A stretch of DNA of 58,828 bases from Gemmatimonadota bacterium (GTDB taxonomy: Bacteria > Gemmatimonadota > Gemmatimonadetes > Gemmatimonadales > GWC2-71-9), in contig QHUR01000103.1 of the NCBI GenBank assembly GCA_003221995.1, forward strand, positions 1 to 58,828, written 5' to 3'. Below, one piece after another: positions 8,858-17,065 of this stretch; the stretch's first letter is position 1; every line of letters begins with the position of its first letter. Under the pieces are notes generated by a model. It had not been told where the DNA came from. It did no database searches and saw only the letters and a program-made list of their open reading frames with translations. Both the position numbers and the translations under genes were made by a program.

Positions 8858-10307
8858 CCTCCCGCTCCAGTCGCTCGGCTTCTTCCAGCAGGTCCTGTCC
8901 CCTGGTCGGCTGCGACATCCCCGCCACGTTGACCCGCACGTTCTCCACCGCGCCGAGCACCGCCGCCCGGGCCAGGATCTCCGCGACCTTCGCGTCCGAT
9001 CGGGCGTTCTTGTTTCCGATGGCGCCGATCTCGCGCGCGAGTGGCACGAGACGCGCGGCGCCGCGCGCGGTCGCGAGCGGCGTGCGCGCGGCGCTGAGGA
9101 GCGCATCATCGACGGCGGCCGGTCGGTCGGGGTGGTCCTTCGGGAGCAGGTAAGCCAGCCGGACCAGGTCGTACGCGGCGGCATCGAGATCCACGAGCGC
9201 CCGCTCCATTGTCTGGGCCGCCTCCGCCTCCTTCAGGATCGCGTCGACTCGGTTCCGGACGACCGCATAGGCCTTGCGACCGCTGGTCAGCCTGCACACC
9301 ATGGCCACGAGGGCCGCCGCCAGGGCGCCGGCGAGCGCGGCCGCGCTGCCGCCACCCGGGGTGGGGCTCGGCCCCGCGAGGTCTTGGATCCAGTCATCGA
9401 GGCCGGGGCCCCCATGCGCCCGGATCTTCGCCTCGAGCAGATGGTCCATCAGGTTGGTGCACTTGAGCCACGTCGCCGCCGCGCCGATGACCGCACGCTC
9501 GGGAATCAGGCCCACGACCTCGCTCCGCAGGATGGCGACGCCGCGCCGCCGGGCTTCCGCCTCTACCGCCGCGAACACCGTCGCCGGCGGCGTGACGTCG
9601 ATGTCGAGCAGGTTCATCGACACCTGCGCCTTGCCGCCGACCTCGAACCCGCTCGCCTGCACGGCAGGGAGCCCGCCGCTCGAGGTGCGGAGCAGCGTGG
9701 CGATGTCCTTCGCGGCGGCAACCTCGGCCGTGTCGAGATAGATGTTGTAAGCCACGAGGAACGGCCGCGCGCCGATCGCAGTCGCTCCGGCCGTCGGATG
9801 GATCCGCTTCGGGCCGAAGTCCGGGTCGGCGGCGGGATCGCGCCCGATGCGCTCGCGCAGACCCTCGAACTGCCCCTTGCGAAGGCTGGGGAGGCTCTCG
9901 CGCTCCGGTCGCGTCGCGGCTCGCGCGTACAGATACACGGGAATCGCCAGCTCGCGGCCCACCCGCTCGGCGAGCGCCCGCGCCAGGGCGACGCAGTCGT
10001 CCATGGTGACGTCGCGCACGGGGACGAACGGCACCACGTCCGTCGCCCCCATGCGCGGGTGCTCCCCCTGATGCTTCGTCAGATCGATGCGCTCCGTCGC
10101 TACGCGCATGGCGCGGAACGCCGCCTCGACGGCGGCGGCGGGCGGCGCGACGAACGTGAATACCGAGCGGTGGTGCGATGCGTCGGCGTGAACGTCGAGC
10201 AGCGTCACGGCCGGCACCGACGTCAGCGCGGCGCGCAGACCGTCGAGCGTCGCCTGGTTGCGGCCCTCGGAAAAGTTCGGTACGCACTCGACGAGCGGAG
10301 CGGGCAC
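8841..10307 (-). CDS. Bifunctional glutamate formimidoyltransferase / formiminotetrahydrofolate cyclodeaminase
   Basis: N-terminal LVECVPNFSEGRN (formiminotransferase) and C-terminal TPGGGSAAALAGALAAALVAMV (cyclodeaminase). The ORF-track ATG at 10370 lies inside the upstream hairpin, so GTG at 10307 (VPAPLVEC...) is the more plausible start. Confidence 0.85.
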   Translation of the reverse strand: MPAPLVECVPNFSEGRNQATLDGLRAALTSVPAVTLLDVHADASHHRSVFTFVAPPAAAVEAAFRAMRVATERIDLTKHQGEHPRMGATDVVPFVPVRDVTMDDCVALARALAERVGRELAIPVYLYARAATRPERESLPSLRKGQFEGLRERIGRDPAADPDFGPKRIHPTAGATAIGARPFLVAYNIYLDTAEVAAAKDIATLLRTSSGGLPAVQASGFEVGGKAQVSMNLLDIDVTPPATVFAAVEAEARRRGVAILRSEVVGLIPERAVIGAAATWLKCTNLMDHLLEAKIRAHGGPGLDDWIQDLAGPSPTPGGGSAAALAGALAAALVAMVCRLTSGRKAYAVVRNRVDAILKEAEAAQTMERALVDLDAAAYDLVRLAYLLPKDHPDRPAAVDDALLSAARTPLATARGAARLVPLAREIGAIGNKNARSDAKVAEILARAAVLGAVENVRVNVAGMSQPTRGQDLLEEAERLEREVSSPS

Positions 10308-10318
10308 GGCAACGTCAA

Positions 10319-10412
10319 CGCGGAACGCGGAACGTGGAATGCGGAACAGAGCGACGAACCCACAATCCAAAGGTCGCCGTTCCGTTCCGCGTTCCGACTT
10401 CCGCGTTCCGCG
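10319..10412. repeat. Long imperfect hairpin built from GCGGAAC-type heptamers (38-nt arms, 18-nt loop)
   Basis: Left arm is C-GCGGAAC-GCGGAAC-GTGGAAT-GCGGAAC-AGAGCGACG. The right arm is its inverted complement with 31 of 38 positions pairing. It begins 4 nt downstream of the inositol-monophosphatase stop and ends about 10 nt before the FTCD GTG. Confidence 0.8.
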
Positions 10413-10415
10413 TTT

Positions 10416-11204
10416 TCATGACTTGTTCAGGAGCTCCATCAGCCACGCATGCATTCTCGGATTCCCCGCCACGATCGACCCGTGCCGCAGCACGTCGGGC
10501 TCCCCCTCGAGCGTCGTCACCACGCCGCCCGCCTCCCGCACCAGCACCACCCCCGCCGCGACGTCCCACGGCGCCAGCACGAGCTCCCAGAAGGCGTCGA
10601 AACGCCCCGCGGCGAGGTCGGCGAGGTCGAGCGCCGCCGAGCCCGCGCGCCGGATACCGCTCGCGGCCCCCATCACGGCGGCGAACTGATCCAGGTACCG
10701 CCGCAGGGCGGGGAGCTCCTTGAACGGGAACCCGGTGCCGACGAGCGCGTGCCGCGGCTCGCCGACACCCGACACTCGCAGCCGCCGTTCCCCCTGCCAG
10801 GCGCCGTGCCCGCTCGCCGCCCAGTACACGATGTCGCGAGCCACGTCGTGCACCACGCCCACGCCCAACGCCCCACGCACCACACACGCGACGGACACGG
10901 CGTACTGCGGATACCGGTGCAGGAAGTTCGTCGTGCCGTCGAGCGGATCGACGATCCACACGATCTCGCCCGCGCGCGGGCCGTCCGGCGTGAGCTCCTC
11001 GCCCACCACGGTCGAGCCGGGGACGGACGCTGTGAGCGTCTCGGCGACGAGCCGCTCGGCAGCGCGGTCCGCCTCGGTCACGAAATCGTGCCGTGCCTTC
11101 TCCGTCCAATCGGTCGGCGCCGGCGGCTCGAGCCCTCGCAAGTGGGTCGCGGCGCGCGCGGCGGCGTGTCGGGCTACATCGACTAAGTCTTTGAGATCAC
11201 GCAC
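10416..11204 (-). CDS. suhB: Inositol monophosphatase family protein
   Basis: Motifs DFVTEADRAAE, WIVDPLDGTTNF and AALDLADLAAGRFDAFWE. The ORF-track frame runs to 11501 but its first 99 codons overlap trpS. GTG at 11204 gives a typical 262-aa protein. Confidence 0.85.
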   Translation of the reverse strand: MRDLKDLVDVARHAAARAATHLRGLEPPAPTDWTEKARHDFVTEADRAAERLVAETLTASVPGSTVVGEELTPDGPRAGEIVWIVDPLDGTTNFLHRYPQYAVSVACVVRGALGVGVVHDVARDIVYWAASGHGAWQGERRLRVSGVGEPRHALVGTGFPFKELPALRRYLDQFAAVMGAASGIRRAGSAALDLADLAAGRFDAFWELVLAPWDVAAGVVLVREAGGVVTTLEGEPDVLRHGSIVAGNPRMHAWLMELLNKS

Positions 11205-11205
11205 C

Positions 11206-11235
11206 TTGCGGTGCCCCCGCTCGCGACCGTAGCTT
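11206..11235 (+). promoter_or_regulatory. Promoter-like TTGCGG-N18-TAGCTT, 8 nt before the trpS ATG
   Basis: Hexamers read directly at 11206-11211 and 11230-11235. Part of the recurrent motif family listed in the findings. Confidence 0.35.
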
Positions 11236-11243
11236 GTGAGCCC

Positions 11244-12233
11244 ATGGCGCGCGTCTTCTCCGGCATTCAACCCTCGGGCGAGTTGCACATCGGCAATTAT
11301 CTCGGTGCCGTGCAGAACTGGGTGCGGCTGCAGCACCAGCACGAGTGCCTGTTCTGCATCGTGGACTTGCACGCCGTCACCCAGCCCTACGACGCGGCGA
11401 CGCTGCGGCAGCGCACGCTCGACATGGCGATCGGCCTGCTCGCGGCGGGACTCGACCCCGAGCGTTGCATCGTGTTCGTCCAGTCCCACGTGCCCGAGCA
11501 CAGCGAGTTGAACTGGCTGCTGACCACCGTCACGCCGCTCGGCGAGCTCGAGCGCCAGACTCAGTTCAAGGACAAGGCGCAGCGCCTGGAGAGCGTGCCG
11601 GCGGGCCTGCTGAACTATCCGGTACTACAGGCGGCCGACGTGCTCCTGTACCGGGCATCGCTCGTTCCCGTGGGCGAGGACCAGCTCCAGCACCTGGAGC
11701 TGATGCGCGAGATCGCGCGGCGCTGGAACACGCGCTACGGCGCCGCGTTCTTCCCCGAACCGCAGGCGCTGCTCACCACGGCAAAGCGGGTGCTCGGGCT
11801 CGACGGCCATGCAAAAATGTCGAAGAGCCTGGGCAACACCATCGGGCTGCTCGATTCCCCGGAGCTCATCTGGGAGAAGCTCAAGCCCGCGGCCACGGAT
11901 CCCGCTCGCGTCACCCGCAAGGATCCCGGCAACCCCGACATCTGCAACATCTTCACCATCCACCAGGGGTTCTCGCCCCCGGAGACCCAGAAGCAGGTGG
12001 CGACGAACTGCCGCACCGCGGCCTGGGGCTGCCTCGATTGCAAGCGGGTCCTGGCGGACAATATGATAGCGGCGCTCGCCCCCATCCGCGAGCGCGCCGC
12101 CCAGCTGCAGGCCGATCCGGCGCGGGTCCACGCGACCCTGCGCCGGGGAGCGGCGAAGGCGCGGGCGCTCGCGCGCGACACGCTGGCGGAGGTGCGGCGC
12201 CGCATGGGTCTGCTCGAAGGAGCGACGGACTGA
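11244..12233 (+). CDS. trpS: Tryptophan--tRNA ligase
   Basis: MARVFSGIQPSGELHIGNYLG (HIGH-type motif) and KMSKSLGN. ATG 11244 is preferred over the track start 11211 because of typical length (329 aa) and the promoter-like motif just upstream. Confidence 0.93.
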   Translation: MARVFSGIQPSGELHIGNYLGAVQNWVRLQHQHECLFCIVDLHAVTQPYDAATLRQRTLDMAIGLLAAGLDPERCIVFVQSHVPEHSELNWLLTTVTPLGELERQTQFKDKAQRLESVPAGLLNYPVLQAADVLLYRASLVPVGEDQLQHLELMREIARRWNTRYGAAFFPEPQALLTTAKRVLGLDGHAKMSKSLGNTIGLLDSPELIWEKLKPAATDPARVTRKDPGNPDICNIFTIHQGFSPPETQKQVATNCRTAAWGCLDCKRVLADNMIAALAPIRERAAQLQADPARVHATLRRGAAKARALARDTLAEVRRRMGLLEGATD

Positions 12234-12904
12234 TGCAGGAGTTCATGCAGAAAGTGGTGGAGGTGCTGCGGCTGGAGCTGATGGGCCAGCTCGCGCTCGG
12301 CACCATCCTCGGAGGCGCGATCGGGCTGGAGCGGGAGCTCGGCGGCAAGCCCGCGGGCCTCCGGACGAACATCCTGATCTGCCTCGGCTCCGTCCTGTAC
12401 ACCAAGCTCTCGATCACGATGGCGACGGGAAACGCGGACCCGACCCGCGTGGCCGCGCAGATCGTCACCGGCGTCGGGTTCATCGGCGCGGGAACGATCC
12501 TGCACGCGCGCGGCATGGTGGTGGGACTGACGAGCGCGGCCACCATCTGGGTGGTCGCGGCGATCGGCGTGGCGCTGGGCGCGGGATTCTACCTCGAGGC
12601 GATCGGCACGACCCTGCTCGTGCTTCTCGTGCTCCAGGGGCTGGGCCGCGTGGAGCTGGTGGTGGAGCGCCAGTCGACGACGAGTCGCGTCTCGATCCAC
12701 GCGCGGCCGGAGCCGACGGTGCTGGAGGAGCTGGAGACCGTAGTGCGTCGCACGGGGCTGGACATCGTGCAGCAGCAGAGCCGCCGCGAGAACGTGGACC
12801 TGGTCGTGGACTTCGAGCTCCGGGGGCCCAAGCGGCTGCACGATCAGGTGATGGTGGCGTTGCTCCACCATCCCGGCGTGCGGACGGTGTCGTCGGGGGA
12901 GTGA
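12233..12904 (+). CDS. mgtC: MgtC/SapB family membrane protein
   Basis: 223 aa. GGAIGLERELGGKPAGLRTNILICLGS...GVGFIGAGTIL... followed by an ACT-like C-terminal domain. ATG overlaps the trpS stop (TGATG). It is only the 3' part of track ORF 11345..12904. Confidence 0.85.
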   Translation: MQEFMQKVVEVLRLELMGQLALGTILGGAIGLERELGGKPAGLRTNILICLGSVLYTKLSITMATGNADPTRVAAQIVTGVGFIGAGTILHARGMVVGLTSAATIWVVAAIGVALGAGFYLEAIGTTLLVLLVLQGLGRVELVVERQSTTSRVSIHARPEPTVLEELETVVRRTGLDIVQQQSRRENVDLVVDFELRGPKRLHDQVMVALLHHPGVRTVSSGE

Positions 12905-13929
12905 CCCGCCGGCTGGTGGTGGACCTCGCCTCGCCCTACGCGGCGTGGCGCGCCCCCGCGGGGACGGTGACGGCGATTCGCGCGGCCCTGGGCAACGGCT
13001 GGGACGTCGTGGAGGTGCGGGAGCCGGCAGCCTCGGACGGCGACGGCGGCTCGGGGAGCGATGAGGCCGTGCGCGCGGCCCCGGGGGCGGAGATCTACAT
13101 CGGGTACGGCTTACCCCAGGGAGTCGCGGCCGCCGCCCGCGACACGTTGCGGTGGGTGCACACCGCCACGGCCGGGGTGGGCGCGAGCCTGCCGCGCATC
13201 AAAGGCACAGCGGTTGTCTTCACGAACTCGGCGGCCGTGCACGCGGAGCCGATCGCCGATTGGGCCCTGGCGGCCATCGCGTACTTCGCTCGCGGTCTCG
13301 ACCGGATGCGCGAGGCGCAGGCCGCGGAACGGTGGGCGAGGGAAGAGTTCGCGAACCTTCGTCTCCAGGTGCGGGAGCTCCGCGAGGTGCGTCTCGGCGT
13401 CTTCGGTCTGGGCGGCATCGGGAGCGCGATCGCGCGCCGCGGGCTCGCGCTCGGCATGTCGGTCGCGGGAGTGCGGCGACGGCCGCAGCGGGGCGGGCCG
13501 CCGGGGGTCCGGTGGGTCGGGGGGCGGGCCGACGTGCCGCGGCTCGCGACCGAGAGCGACTGTCTCGTAATCACCGCGCCCCACACCGTGGAGACGCAGG
13601 GCGCCGTGGACCGGGGCGTACTGGAGCGACTGCCGCGGGGCGCGATCGTCGTGAACGTGTCGCGAGGGTCCCTGCTCGACGAGGCGGCGCTGCTCGAGCT
13701 GCTGGACGCCGGCCACCTGCGCGGAGCGGCGCTGGACGTGTTCGCGGCCGAGCCGCTCCCGCCCGGCCACCCGTTGTGGCGCCATCCCCGGGTACTCGTG
13801 AGCCCGCACGTGGCGGCGGTCACCGAGCGGTTCTGGGAACGCGAGACCGGGCTCATCGTCGAGAACGTCCGGCGCTATCTTGCAGGGGCGCCCCTCGCGA
13901 ACGTGGTCGACCCGGAGGCGGGATACTAG
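12901..13929 (+). CDS. D-isomer-specific 2-hydroxyacid dehydrogenase family protein
   Basis: 342-aa ORF with NAD-binding GVFGLGGIGSAIARRG, and RGSLLDEAAL...LDVF..EP in the catalytic region. GTGA overlap with mgtC. Confidence 0.85.
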   Translation: MTRRLVVDLASPYAAWRAPAGTVTAIRAALGNGWDVVEVREPAASDGDGGSGSDEAVRAAPGAEIYIGYGLPQGVAAAARDTLRWVHTATAGVGASLPRIKGTAVVFTNSAAVHAEPIADWALAAIAYFARGLDRMREAQAAERWAREEFANLRLQVRELREVRLGVFGLGGIGSAIARRGLALGMSVAGVRRRPQRGGPPGVRWVGGRADVPRLATESDCLVITAPHTVETQGAVDRGVLERLPRGAIVVNVSRGSLLDEAALLELLDAGHLRGAALDVFAAEPLPPGHPLWRHPRVLVSPHVAAVTERFWERETGLIVENVRRYLAGAPLANVVDPEAGY

Positions 13930-15144
13930 ATGGAAGAGGCGAAACCTCGCAGCCCACGCGCGAGCGGCGCGGCGCCGACCCAGCCCCGTGGCATCGAGCA
14001 AATCATTAAAGCGGCCGTCGACCGCGGTGCGTCCGACCTGCACATCAAGGCAGGCGACGTGTTTCGGGCGCGCATCGACGGCAAGCTGGTCCCGCTGACC
14101 AAGCAGCGCCTTACCCCCGAGCAGACGCGGGCCATCGCCCTGCGCCTCCTGCCCGGCGACGAGGAGCGGGCCCGGATCGACCGGCTGCGCGATTACGATT
14201 GCTCCTGGGGCGCCCCGGGGATCGGGCGGTTTCGCGTCAACATTCTGCGGCAACGCTCGTCCTTCATGATCGTGATGCGGGTCATCCCGTTCGACGTCCC
14301 GTCGTTCGAGTCTCTCAAGCTGCCGCCGGTGCTCGCGACCGTCGCCGCGGCGGAGCGGGGCATGATCCTCGTCACGGGCGTCACCGGGTCGGGGAAGAGC
14401 TCGACGATGGCGGCCATCATCCATCACATCAACCAGACGCAGAACAAGCATGTCGTCACGCTCGAAAACCCGATCGAGTTCCTGCACCGCGACATCGGCT
14501 GCTCGGTGACCCAGCGCGAGATCGGGGTGGACACGGACGACTTCCGCATGGGCCTCCGGGCCGCCCTGCGCCAGGACCCGGACGTCGTGCTGATCGGCGA
14601 GATGCGGGACGCCGAGACGATCGACACCGCCATGAAGGCGGCAGAGAGGGGCCATCTCGTGGTCTCGACCCTGCACACGCCGGATTCGGTGACCACCGTG
14701 AGCCGCATCGTGGCGATGTTTCCGCCCGAGGAGCAGGAGATCGCCCGGGTGCGTCTCTCCGAGGCCTTGCAGGCCGTGGTGTCCCAGCGCCTGCTCCCTC
14801 GGCTCGATGGGCACGGCCGCGTCGCTGCCGTTGAGGTCATGATCTGCACAGGCGCGGTGCGCGACTTGATCAAGGACCCGGCTCGCACCGGGGAGCTCCA
14901 CGCCTACATCCGCGACGCGCGCGAGCAGTACGGCATGCAGACCTTCGACCAGCACCTCATGGACCTGGTGGCGGAGGGGGTGGTCGCCTACGAGACTGCG
15001 CTGGCGGCGGCCTCGAACCCCGCCGACCTCGAGCTGCAGATGCGGACGCTGCGCCGGCCGTTGCGGACCGGCCCCCCCGCGGGGGCCGTCGAGAAGCAGG
15101 CCGGCTTCAGCGACGACCTGTCGAGCCTGCTACCGCCCTCGTGA
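13930..15144 (+). CDS. pilT: Type IV pilus retraction ATPase PilT family
   Basis: 404-aa ORF with ASDLHIK, Walker A GVTGSGKSST, LRQDPDVVLIGEMRD and HLVVSTLHT. No other pilus genes are in the window. Confidence 0.88.
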   Translation: MEEAKPRSPRASGAAPTQPRGIEQIIKAAVDRGASDLHIKAGDVFRARIDGKLVPLTKQRLTPEQTRAIALRLLPGDEERARIDRLRDYDCSWGAPGIGRFRVNILRQRSSFMIVMRVIPFDVPSFESLKLPPVLATVAAAERGMILVTGVTGSGKSSTMAAIIHHINQTQNKHVVTLENPIEFLHRDIGCSVTQREIGVDTDDFRMGLRAALRQDPDVVLIGEMRDAETIDTAMKAAERGHLVVSTLHTPDSVTTVSRIVAMFPPEEQEIARVRLSEALQAVVSQRLLPRLDGHGRVAAVEVMICTGAVRDLIKDPARTGELHAYIRDAREQYGMQTFDQHLMDLVAEGVVAYETALAAASNPADLELQMRTLRRPLRTGPPAGAVEKQAGFSDDLSSLLPPS

Positions 15145-16022
15145 CGGAGCCGAAGCTCGGGGGCGTGCTCGCCCCCCTCACGACACCGTTCGACAGCGCC
15201 ACAGGCGACCTCGCGCCGGTTCATCTCCGGCGCAACGTGGCGAGCCTCGTCGAGCAGGGCCTCGATGGCTTCGTGGTCGCGGGGTCGACGGGGGAGGCGG
15301 CGCTGCTCGACCCCGACGAGCAGCGTCGGCTCGTCGCCTGGGTGCGGGAGGTGCTGCCCGACGGCGGCTGGCTCGTGGCGGGGACCGGCGCCGAGTCCAC
15401 GCGCGCAGCGGTGCGGCTGACGCGGGCGGCCGCCGAGGAGGGCGCGGATGCGGTGCTGGTACGGCCTCCCGGCTATTTCGCCGCGGCCACGTCACCCGCG
15501 AGCCTCGCCGACTACTACCGTGCGGTGGCCGACGCGAGCACGGTGCCCGTGCTCGTGTACAACATCCCCAAGTACACCCACCTCACGGTCGAGGCGGGGC
15601 TGCTCCGCCAGCTGGCCGCTCATCCCAACATCGTCGGGGTGAAGGACTCGGCGGCCGACGCGAAGAACCTCGCGGCCTACCGCGACGCCGTGCCAGCGTG
15701 GTCTGTGTTGGTCGGCTCGGCGTCGCTGTTCTACGCGGCCTTGGAGATGGGATGCGACGGGGGCGTCCTCGCGGCCGCCTGCTTCGCCGGGCGGCTGTGC
15801 GCAGACCTCCAGGCCGCCTACCGGGCGGGGGACCGCGCCCGGGCCGGGCGGCTCCAGGAGCGCCTCACGCCGCTCGACAAGGAGATCGTCGGCAAGCTCG
15901 GGCCCGCCGGCGTGAAGGCCGCGATGGATGCGGTGGGGCTCTACGGCGGGCCCTGCCGGGCGCCGCTCGCAGCGGTGCCCCGAGCCGTGCGGGAGCACGT
16001 GGCGCAGCTCGTCGCCGCGTGA
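15141..16022 (+). CDS. Dihydrodipicolinate synthase / N-acetylneuraminate lyase family protein
   Basis: 293-aa ORF with GFVVAGSTGEAALL, YNIP and the Schiff-base lysine context VGVKDS. GTGA overlap with pilT. Confidence 0.85.
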   Translation: MTEPKLGGVLAPLTTPFDSATGDLAPVHLRRNVASLVEQGLDGFVVAGSTGEAALLDPDEQRRLVAWVREVLPDGGWLVAGTGAESTRAAVRLTRAAAEEGADAVLVRPPGYFAAATSPASLADYYRAVADASTVPVLVYNIPKYTHLTVEAGLLRQLAAHPNIVGVKDSAADAKNLAAYRDAVPAWSVLVGSASLFYAALEMGCDGGVLAAACFAGRLCADLQAAYRAGDRARAGRLQERLTPLDKEIVGKLGPAGVKAAMDAVGLYGGPCRAPLAAVPRAVREHVAQLVAA

Positions 16023-16912
16023 CCGATTACCGCGCCCTCCTCGCCCAGCTCGCCATCCCCCGGCTTGTCGGCTCCCGCAATCACACGGAAGTCCGAGGCA
16101 TGCTCACGGGCGAGCTCGCAGCGCGGGGCTTCGTCGTGCTGGAGCAGCGGTTCGCGGCGTCGCCTCGGGCCCCGCTCTGGGGGCGGAAGCCCGCGGAGGG
16201 CGTCAACCTGATAGGTGTGCGGCCGCGCGCCCGCGTCACCGCCTGGCTCGCCGCGCACTACGACTCGAAGGGCCAGCCGATGTCGATGGCGGGGCGCCTG
16301 CTGCTGGCGGCGGCCTGCGCCGTCTCCCTCGTGGTCGCGCTCGGGATCGTCGCCGCGGGCGGGCCGCTCGTCGCGCTCGCGCCGACGGCGGCCCTGGGGG
16401 CGCTGTTCCTGGGGTTGAGCCGCGTGACCGAGCGCTCGCCAGGTGCCGTGGACAACGCCGTGGGCGTGGTCACCGTCCTGCGTGCGCTCGACGCGCTCCC
16501 CCCCGATGCACCGGTCGGCGTGATCTTTCCTGATGCCGAAGAGCTCGGCCTGCTCGGCGCCGGCGTGCTCGCGCGCCAGCGCGCGAACCTGCTCCGCGAC
16601 ACGGTGGTCGTCAATTTCGATGGTCTCGACGATCATGGTGCGACGATCGCGCTGGTGCACCGGCCCGGCCCGATCGTGGACCGCCTCGTGGCGGCCCTGG
16701 GCGCGCGCCGCCGGCGCGCGTGGCCGGTGATCGTGGATGGAATCGCGTTCGCGCGGGCGGCGCGGGAGTGCGTGACGATCATGCGCGGCGATTGGGGCAC
16801 GGCGCGGGTCGTGCATACGCCGCGGGATACCGCCGACCGGCTGACGCTTGAGGGGAGTCGCGACGTTGCGGCAGCCGTAGCGCGGGCGCTGGCGGAATCG
16901 TCCTCGGGCTGA
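16019..16912 (+). CDS. M28-family metallopeptidase-like protein with hydrophobic insertion
   Basis: HYDS ... GAVDNAVGVVTVLRAL ... FPDAEELGLLGAG resemble the M28 metal-ligand motifs. GTGA overlap with the upstream gene. It is only the 3' part of track ORF 15698..16912. Confidence 0.7.
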   Translation: MTDYRALLAQLAIPRLVGSRNHTEVRGMLTGELAARGFVVLEQRFAASPRAPLWGRKPAEGVNLIGVRPRARVTAWLAAHYDSKGQPMSMAGRLLLAAACAVSLVVALGIVAAGGPLVALAPTAALGALFLGLSRVTERSPGAVDNAVGVVTVLRALDALPPDAPVGVIFPDAEELGLLGAGVLARQRANLLRDTVVVNFDGLDDHGATIALVHRPGPIVDRLVAALGARRRRAWPVIVDGIAFARAARECVTIMRGDWGTARVVHTPRDTADRLTLEGSRDVAAAVARALAESSSG

Positions 16913-16932
16913 AGCCCGGGCTCGGCGTTGGG

Positions 16933-16950
16933 TGCGTCCTTAAGGACGCA
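16933..16950. terminator. Perfect 18-bp palindrome TGCGTCCTTAAGGACGCA, 21 nt after the peptidase stop
   Basis: Read directly. It could be a short terminator hairpin or a dimeric operator. Confidence 0.35.
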
Positions 16951-16992
16951 AGGCTCGGCCAAGCGCGCCCTCTCAGGACGCGGAGATACGCG

Positions 16993-17021
16993 TTGACGCC
17001 ACGCCGCTCAGGGTCTAGCTT
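16993..17021 (+). promoter_or_regulatory. Promoter-like TTGACG-N17-TAGCTT upstream of purA
   Basis: Hexamers at 16993-16998 and 17016-17021. The predicted transcript would include the terminator hairpin at 17038-17065. Confidence 0.35.
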
Positions 17022-17037
17022 CCCCCAGAGGATACCC

Positions 17038-17065
17038 ACGCCCCGTCCCCCGGGGCGTTTTTATT
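17038..17065 (+). terminator. Intrinsic-terminator-like hairpin with T-tract, 9 nt upstream of the purA ATG
   Basis: ACGCCCCG-TCCCC-CGGGGCGT (8-bp stem, 5-nt loop) followed by TTTTATT. Then GGAGTCGCG and ATG at 17075. Confidence 0.6.

Noticed and set aside
10319-10412. The heptamer-repeat hairpins (10319, 22113, 39105, 49740, 50784) considered as CRISPR arrays or tandem-repeat loci.
   Set aside because: The units are only 7 nt, are directly adjacent without spacers, and occur as inverted sets. No cas genes are present. They are hairpin or REP-like elements, not CRISPR.
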